The position numbers and the translations under genes are program-made. Positions 58,207 to 64,000 of a stretch of DNA of 64,000 nucleotides are shown here, piece by piece (position 1 is the stretch's first letter; every line of letters starts with the position of its first letter). The notes beneath the pieces were generated by a model. That model had not been told where the DNA came from. It searched no databases and saw nothing but the letters and a program-made list of their open reading frames with translations. Source of the stretch: an uncultured virus (IMG/VR IMGVR_UViG_3300030044_000019). Its lineage: Duplodnaviria > Heunggongvirae > Uroviricota > Caudoviricetes. The stretch is taken from positions 1 through 64,000 of the IMG/VR virus record IMGVR_UViG_3300030044_000019. The stretch is one strand, 5' to 3'.

Positions 58207-58809
58207 TCAATGTTGGCATGGATCGGTATTGGTCCTAGTCGCATTATCGTCTGTTACTGGCGTAGGAATAACTTGCGTCGGCGTGGGAGTCGGTACCGGA
58301 CTAGGTAGCGTCAAAGTCAATGCTTGATTGCAAGCGGTTACAGCGCCACTAGCCGTCAAGTAAACACTATTGAGAGTAATGCTACTAGTTTTAGGTCCCA
58401 AGACATTTCGCAGTGCTTGGGTTGTCAACACTAAGTCGCCAAAGTAAACTGTTATGCCGTTGTTCACTTGGATAACCTTGTAATTGCTAAACGTCAAGCC
58501 TTTGACTGTTAGTTTATAATTAGGCAATGCCGTGCCGGCTGCTATCGTCTTGTTAGGTAGCGTCAAAGTCAATGGGATATCAGTCAAAGCAGGGTCAAAT
58601 GTGACTCCCTGGAATGCACTGGTACAACCTGCGTCATTACTGACATTCCCGACTAATGAACTCGCAAGCGTACTAGTTTCTAAACGGAAGTCGGCATAGT
58701 TTTGGGTTAGGCTAGAATTGACAGTCTGTTGCGCTAATGCCAAAGTTGCAGCCGATACTAAACCTAGAGCAACCATACACTCGATTAAAGAAAATCCTTG
58801 GTTATTCAT
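58207..58809 (-). CDS. type IV pilin-like protein (prepilin N-methylation motif)
   Basis: MNNQG|FSLIECMVALGLVSAATLALA. Confidence 0.8.
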   Translation of the reverse strand: MNNQGFSLIECMVALGLVSAATLALAQQTVNSSLTQNYADFRLETSTLASSLVGNVSNDAGCTSAFQGVTFDPALTDIPLTLTLPNKTIAAGTALPNYKLTVKGLTFSNYKVIQVNNGITVYFGDLVLTTQALRNVLGPKTSSITLNSVYLTASGAVTACNQALTLTLPSPVPTPTPTQVIPTPVTDDNATRTNTDPCQH

Positions 58810-58873
58810 ATGTGTTACCTCAAAATCACTTTTGTGTGTCAGCTCAAACCTATGTCAAAATTGACCTATATCC

Positions 58874-59416
58874 CTAGGCTGCTTTAGTGTTAACCCAAAA
58901 TACATTCCCGTGACGGTCTTGTTTAAACACATTAGGATAGTATCCTGACTTTTCCATGTATTGCTCAATAAGGTTATTCCTTTGAGTATCATCATCGTAT
59001 TCATGATTTTGAATAACCCATTTTCCCGAATCCGTATCTAATACATCGCCGTCGTCATTGATAATCAAGTTACCACATTCCAACGTGTAAACCGTCCCTA
59101 CTTCCCAGTCAATATAAGCGCATTCCAAGTCATTAACATGCGCTTCAAATGCTTCGCGTGCCTCTGTAGGGATTTGGTCTAGGGCACTGCGCACGTATGC
59201 CCAACGTCTAATCTCACCGTGGCTATCAGTATCATACTCTTTAGTATCGTTCAAAGCCTTAAGTGTGTCAGTTACTACGCCAGACCAAGTTGATTCAAAT
59301 GCTTTGACGTATTCGTTTCGCAATTTGTTTTGAATGACTGACGATTTTTCATTGTAATCCTTGGTCAGTGTGGTTAGTTGATTCTCAAGTTTTGCAATCG
59401 TATTAGATTTAATCAT
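58874..59416 (-). CDS. hypothetical protein
   Basis: AAGGA RBS; C-terminal YYPNVF..D.HGN. Confidence 0.55.
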   Translation of the reverse strand: MIKSNTIAKLENQLTTLTKDYNEKSSVIQNKLRNEYVKAFESTWSGVVTDTLKALNDTKEYDTDSHGEIRRWAYVRSALDQIPTEAREAFEAHVNDLECAYIDWEVGTVYTLECGNLIINDDGDVLDTDSGKWVIQNHEYDDDTQRNNLIEQYMEKSGYYPNVFKQDRHGNVFWVNTKAA

Positions 59417-59472
59417 ATGTTCCTTTCGAAATTCACTTTTAGTAATCATTGAAGACATGTGTCAAAATTGAC

Positions 59473-59631
59473 CTATATCCCACTTAGTTCGTCTTTAAAT
59501 ACCCATGTACAGATATAGGACCACGTACACCATTCGATTAGAATCATTCCAGTATCTGAATGCCGCCGAACTTTGCCGCGTTTCAAATAGGCCGGATGGC
59601 TGCGGTCGATGCATACTATATATTTACGCAT
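59473..59631 (-). CDS. small hypothetical protein (not in the ORF track)
   Basis: 52-aa ORF MRKYIVCIDRSH...; GGAG RBS; stop codon inside the intergenic repeat. Confidence 0.4.
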   Translation of the reverse strand: MRKYIVCIDRSHPAYLKRGKVRRHSDTGMILIEWCTWSYICTWVFKDELSGI

Positions 59632-59878
59632 TTTGATCTCCCTGGACTATTTCAAATGACAGGGAATATTTGAAAGGTAGGAATTCGCCGCTAGCCGCTT
59701 GATAACTCCCATACAATTCATAGCCGGTGCCTTCCGGATGCATTTCGGCTTTGTTACACTCCAATAGCTTAGCGCCTAGTAATTGTTGAATTTCAGACCA
59801 ATTCATTATCTCACCGTCAAATATGCTTTTAGTTCTGTAATCTTTACGTTCAAGCCAAACTTTATATTGACCATTCAT
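59624..59878 (-). CDS. hypothetical protein
   Basis: GGAG RBS. Confidence 0.5.
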   Translation of the reverse strand: MNGQYKVWLERKDYRTKSIFDGEIMNWSEIQQLLGAKLLECNKAEMHPEGTGYELYGSYQAASGEFLPFKYSLSFEIVQGDQNA

Positions 59879-60054
59879 ATTTAACTCCTATCTAACTCAG
59901 CGCATGCTAGTCTTATATTATCCGCTTTATCTTTAAAATCTTTACGCTCCCGGTAATTAGAGCATTCAAAAGCTAATTTTTCAAGATAATCCGCTCTATC
60001 CCGAGCCGCTTCCAATACTTCATTTAGAGCATTTTGTTTATTCATATTAATCCT

Positions 60055-60648
60055 TTACAGTTTTTTAAGAGCTTTTGCAATAGCCTTTACAAGCTTTTGT
60101 TTCAATTCACTTTTGGTTTTGAACTTGATTTCTTGCTCCAAATCAGTTTTGTTACTCCAACGAAAATAGGGCGCGTCGTTGTCCCATCCCGAGTGTACCA
60201 GTAGCACGCCATTCCCTTCATACATAAGCCGAATTCTAAAAGCTTGACCACAATAGTCGTTATTGAGAGTGTTGTCTAGGGCTTCGTAAAGATCATTTAA
60301 ATGACTTTCATTGTTAGGATCTAATTCAGGGTTATCAGCAAGTGTATCCTTCCAAATACTTTCATATTCTTCTTCAATTCTATTCTCAATGCTAGTGCTT
60401 GTATGTTCTCCGGAACCATGTAAAAACCCTGTAGTCGTAAAGGCTATAAAGTCGGCACCTCCTCTATTTCGATCATGCGCCCAAAAACCATCTCTTGATT
60501 CGAACTCTAGTGGCTCAACTACGGTATTATAAGCGTCAAATGGTATATCCAAATCCTCCAAACTTTCCAAGAGGATATCCTGATAGCCCTTTGTTACCAC
60601 GTTGTCATATTCTTTATTAGTTTTAGTCAGTTTAGCTAGCTTGCTCAT
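60055..60648 (-). CDS. hypothetical protein
   Basis: AAGGA RBS; acidic; SRDGF motif. Confidence 0.55.
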   Translation of the reverse strand: MSKLAKLTKTNKEYDNVVTKGYQDILLESLEDLDIPFDAYNTVVEPLEFESRDGFWAHDRNRGGADFIAFTTTGFLHGSGEHTSTSIENRIEEEYESIWKDTLADNPELDPNNESHLNDLYEALDNTLNNDYCGQAFRIRLMYEGNGVLLVHSGWDNDAPYFRWSNKTDLEQEIKFKTKSELKQKLVKAIAKALKKL

Positions 60649-60859
60649 TTTTATTTCCTTTCAATCATTTACGATTTGAATACGACTATTTAAAATGCTT
60701 CCAAGTTCTAATTCTAGTTGTGGCGTTTCAAGTGTGTCATAATAAGCTTCTTCGGAATCATTGAGTATTTCCTGTAGTTCTTCCTTCGAAAAACTATTGA
60801 ATTTTTTACTTTCAATGAGCAATTGAATCGCTTTAGAACGACTAATTAATTGTGTCATA

Positions 60860-61555
60860 TTAAACCCCTTTCGCGATTGATACAGACATGTACATAGGGA
60901 AATTGTTAAGTCCACCATAAGTTTTAAACCAACTAGCGTAGCCTGACAACTTGTTTTTTACATAGACAGGGGCTTTTTCATTGAGAGAAAAACTCAAACG
61001 TTTATTTTGTTTACACCATGACTGACGATGCCCTTTTTCTCTCAAGTATTCTTTAAAAGCAAGAGATTGACCCCTAGCACTACCCTGAGTTACAACTACA
61101 GGGATATTCAAATGCTTAACCAAACTAAAGACGCGTGGTTCAGCGCGACCAAACATTTCAACACTGTCAAACTCGACACAACTAAACTTATGACCAATTG
61201 CAGCTAACCTTTCAACCCCTGCAATTAAATCCCCTTCGATTACTTGACACTTGAGACCTTTTAGCTGGACAAAGCGACGCAGTTTAGCCGCAAGTTTAGG
61301 GCACCATTCAAATACCACGATATTAGCGTCTTGAAATCCCATTTTGCGATAACGGATAATGTGTCTCAATAGACCGCTTGGATGCCCGACCAAAATTGCG
61401 CAGTGTGTAGGACTATTTTTATTCAATCGTCTAAGGATTGGTCCGATAATTTTGTCTTCATAAGATTCGCTAGTTGTTTTTCCTAGCGAGTTCGTGGACT
61501 TGTTAGCAAACGACGATTTATGTGTCTTAGACAGGATATCGAATTTATAAGCCAT
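60860..61555 (-). CDS. hypothetical protein (possible methyltransferase-like fold)
   Basis: VVFEW.P....VIEGDL; AAGGAG RBS. Confidence 0.45.
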   Translation of the reverse strand: MAYKFDILSKTHKSSFANKSTNSLGKTTSESYEDKIIGPILRRLNKNSPTHCAILVGHPSGLLRHIIRYRKMGFQDANIVVFEWCPKLAAKLRRFVQLKGLKCQVIEGDLIAGVERLAAIGHKFSCVEFDSVEMFGRAEPRVFSLVKHLNIPVVVTQGSARGQSLAFKEYLREKGHRQSWCKQNKRLSFSLNEKAPVYVKNKLSGYASWFKTYGGLNNFPMYMSVSIAKGV

Positions 61556-61597
61556 TGTAAAACTCCTTTGTTATTGTTTCGTTATGCATCTAAGTAA

Positions 61598-61613
61598 TGC
61601 ATGGGGAATGCCA
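61598..61613 (-). promoter_or_regulatory. sigma54-type promoter
   Basis: TGGCAT-TCCCC-ATGCA (GG-N10-GC). Confidence 0.6.
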
Positions 61614-61693
61614 TAGCTAACTATTGAATATAGTTCAGCATACCATTTTAGCATGGTGTATAGCGCGTTATCAAATGTATAATGCTTAGTCGA

Positions 61694-62092
61694 TTAGTTC
61701 AGTCTATAAATGAAATACTCACCTTGCTCATGTTCTTCGAAGTCGTATTGACCAATGAAATGCCCGCGTCCATCCGATAATACAGCGTCGTCAACGAAAT
61801 GGGCTTTGTCATTGAGTAGCTTAAGCAATACAGGGTTAGCATCCTCGCAAAGCTCTTGTATTTTTTGAATACAACTTTCGTCAAGGTCTGATATATGAGC
61901 TTCCAAAAACGATGCGCGGAATGCCCACACAGAGTCAAGGATAGCCTTGGTTGCATATTCGTCGGCTTCATTGTCTGTTAGGACTAGATATTCTTCGCGT
62001 CCATTTTCAAATGCATTATCGTCGTATCTCATGCATTCTACTTCGTTTACTTCGCATTCCAAAAACCGTGCCAATGCTTCAAGTTTATTCAT
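61694..62092 (-). CDS. conserved acidic phage protein
   Basis: EYLVLTD.EAD ... DGRGHF...YD..E. Confidence 0.6.
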   Translation of the reverse strand: MNKLEALARFLECEVNEVECMRYDDNAFENGREEYLVLTDNEADEYATKAILDSVWAFRASFLEAHISDLDESCIQKIQELCEDANPVLLKLLNDKAHFVDDAVLSDGRGHFIGQYDFEEHEQGEYFIYRLN

Positions 62093-62106
62093 ATCAATCC
62101 TTTCGA

Positions 62107-62307
62107 TTAAGCAGCCTTCCGATATTCAATGCGTTCAATAGCCACGATTACATTGTGAACGTCAAGCGCCGCATATAACCCTAGTAGTCGTTGCAAGGCT
62201 TCATTTTTGGCGTCATAATCCCCTAGCTTGACAGCGCTAGCAAGTTCTAAGCGTACGTTATCAATAGCCTTCAAGACTTCGATTTCATTTGTCAATTTGG
62301 TGCCCAT
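62107..62307 (-). CDS. hypothetical protein
   Basis: AGGAG RBS. Confidence 0.5.
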   Translation of the reverse strand: MGTKLTNEIEVLKAIDNVRLELASAVKLGDYDAKNEALQRLLGLYAALDVHNVIVAIERIEYRKAA

Positions 62308-62495
62308 AATTATCTCCTACCCAGTATTTGAATGCGTAACGCCGCTTGCATAGCTTCTTTCAATGTGGGAATCCAGGTAGTCATTTGAACATAACCGAAA
62401 TTTGGATAGATCAAAACCCTATAACCCCTACCATCTGGCTCAATTACAGTCTTCATATTCGTTAGCTCCTATTCGTTCGTTATGTAGATAGGTAT

Positions 62496-62511
62496 TGCAT
62501 AGGGAATGCCA
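62496..62511 (-). promoter_or_regulatory. sigma54-type promoter
   Basis: TGGCAT-TCCCT-ATGCA (GG-N10-GC). Confidence 0.6.
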
Positions 62512-62858
62512 AAACACTAACCCGCAGTCATTGGGTTATTTAATAGGTTAATGAATAGGAGATGTTTAAGTATTAGCCAGTGTGTAGGGCGATATACAAC
62601 TTATAGCTTTTCTCCAATGATATCAGTAATGAATGAAATCAATTGTGGGGAATAACCCCTAGCTTCCAAATCGTATTTGATATCCTCAATGACTAGGTTA
62701 ACTTCTAAGTCATAGGCCAATGAGCTAGGCCTACCCTCGCACCGATAACACCGATCCTTATCAAAGTATCGTGCATAACCATTCATGGCACCATTACATT
62801 TAAAGCATGTAAAATTAAATCCCATACCATAACCCCTTTCAGTGATACACAATGTATG

Positions 62859-63404
62859 TCAATCCTTTCGAGTTACAGCTTTGACGCCTATTTTAATCAA
62901 GTCTTTATAAGTGGCATACAAGGATATGTTTAAACCCATTTCGACCGCCTGTTTTTTAGTAACTTTTAACCATTCTTTATGGGTTTTTAGTTGACATCCT
63001 ATGGATACATTTTGAGGTGTTACGGTTATAGGGTAACTTTCACAATGAAATACATAGCAATGCTTCTGTAAAGACACCCGAGCATCCCCAGACACCCATG
63101 CATTCCCAGACACCCTTGCATTCCCATACACCTGAGCATTCCCAGACACCCGAGCATTCCCATACACCTGAGCATTCCCAGACACCTGAGCATTCCCAGA
63201 CACCCATGCATTCCCAGACACCCATGCATTCCCAGACACCCATGCATTCCCAGACACGTCTAGATGTTTTTCACTCTCAATGTATCCGCCTAAAGTACCC
63301 GCTATAATCGAGCCGATATTAATTAATGCCTGAATTCTATACAGCGTCCTACCATCCCAGGATAATTTAGTGTCTTCTTTAATTAACTTATATTTTTTAT
63401 TCAT
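62859..63404 (-). CDS. hexapeptide-repeat (left-handed beta-helix) phage protein
   Basis: LYRI.A, GG.IESE..L, about 10 copies of GNA(W/Q/R)V(S/Y), IGCQ. Confidence 0.8.
   Translation of the reverse strand: MNKKYKLIKEDTKLSWDGRTLYRIQALINIGSIIAGTLGGYIESEKHLDVSGNAWVSGNAWVSGNAWVSGNAQVSGNAQVYGNARVSGNAQVYGNARVSGNAWVSGDARVSLQKHCYVFHCESYPITVTPQNVSIGCQLKTHKEWLKVTKKQAVEMGLNISLYATYKDLIKIGVKAVTRKD
63074..63258. repeat. coding 18-bp tandem repeat
   Basis: GCATTCCCAGACACCCAT-like units encoding the hexapeptides. Confidence 0.85.
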
Positions 63405-64000
63405 ATAATCCTTTCAATGAAACACAATGCTAGTAAAACCGAATAGATATAACTCATGTGGATCGGAGTTACCCGCCAAATAGAATCCAATGCAATTCAT
63501 ATAATCGATTTGGTCACACACTGACTTGAACACGACACACTGCGTAGAATTTAACACACTAGACTCCCTTCAACAATAGCAACCCCGTCAATTTCGGAAC
63601 CAATTTGAGCAAGGATATATGCTAGGTCATACTTATGGAATACTCGTTCAGCTATAGGCCCTTCAATCAAAAAATCATATTCAAATACTGTAATTTTATT
63701 CATATAATTATCCTTTTAAGTTTAAAGAGCTTCACAATAGTCTACTAAATCTAATCCAATTAGATCTAATAGAATATCAATATCTGTAGAATCACAGTAT
63801 AATTCAAATCTTATACCGGTATATAGTTTTACTTCATAGGTATTCATTGGAATATCCTCAATACAACCAAGGTAACCGTGATCAATCCTAAATACCACGT
63901 AGTTACAAGGCTATCTAGCCTATTCAATTTGGCATCGTTTTTAGTTTCAAAGTAGACTCTCATATATTTCCTTTCAATCGGTTATGGTACTACTTATTGC

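Noticed and set aside
63026..63307. Repetitive alternative-frame ORFs or a CRISPR-like repeat
   Set aside because: 18-bp coding tandem repeat with no spacers; explained by the hexapeptide protein
1..64000. Stop-codon reassignment
   Set aside because: Genes are full length in the standard code and TAA, TAG and TGA all serve as stops

Overview
A 64-kb segment of a large, AT-rich dsDNA tailed phage with a contractile tail. Gene calls come from motif recognition only; no database searches were run. Positions 1-50 kb carry morphogenesis genes: a GroEL-like chaperonin, prohead protease, Mu-F-like head protein, portal, terminase large subunit, major capsid, scaffold, neck, sheath, tube, repeat-rich fibre-like proteins and lysis genes. 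Several free-standing homing endonucleases are interspersed. From about 50 kb to the end is a minus-strand array of small early/accessory genes, including a tyrosine recombinase, lipoproteins, an atypical tRNA-Ile(UAU), a T3-like SAM lyase, an ArdC-like protease domain and a pilin-like protein. The strongest candidate for a new system is the block at 23.5-30.2 kb, inside the virion genes. It encodes a minimal CRISPR polymerase (mCpol/Cas10-palm-like nucleotide cyclase) and a 2H phosphoesterase resembling anti-CBASS Acb1. Neighbouring proteins share a putative head-protease/packaging motif, suggesting an injected module that both makes and breaks cyclic nucleotides. Other highlights: a DUF3494 ice-binding protein with no signal peptide, five sigma-54-type promoters in the early region, a recurrent YAATCTTTA late-promoter motif, a four-hairpin RNA leader, and a fixed-spacing bipartite intergenic repeat.
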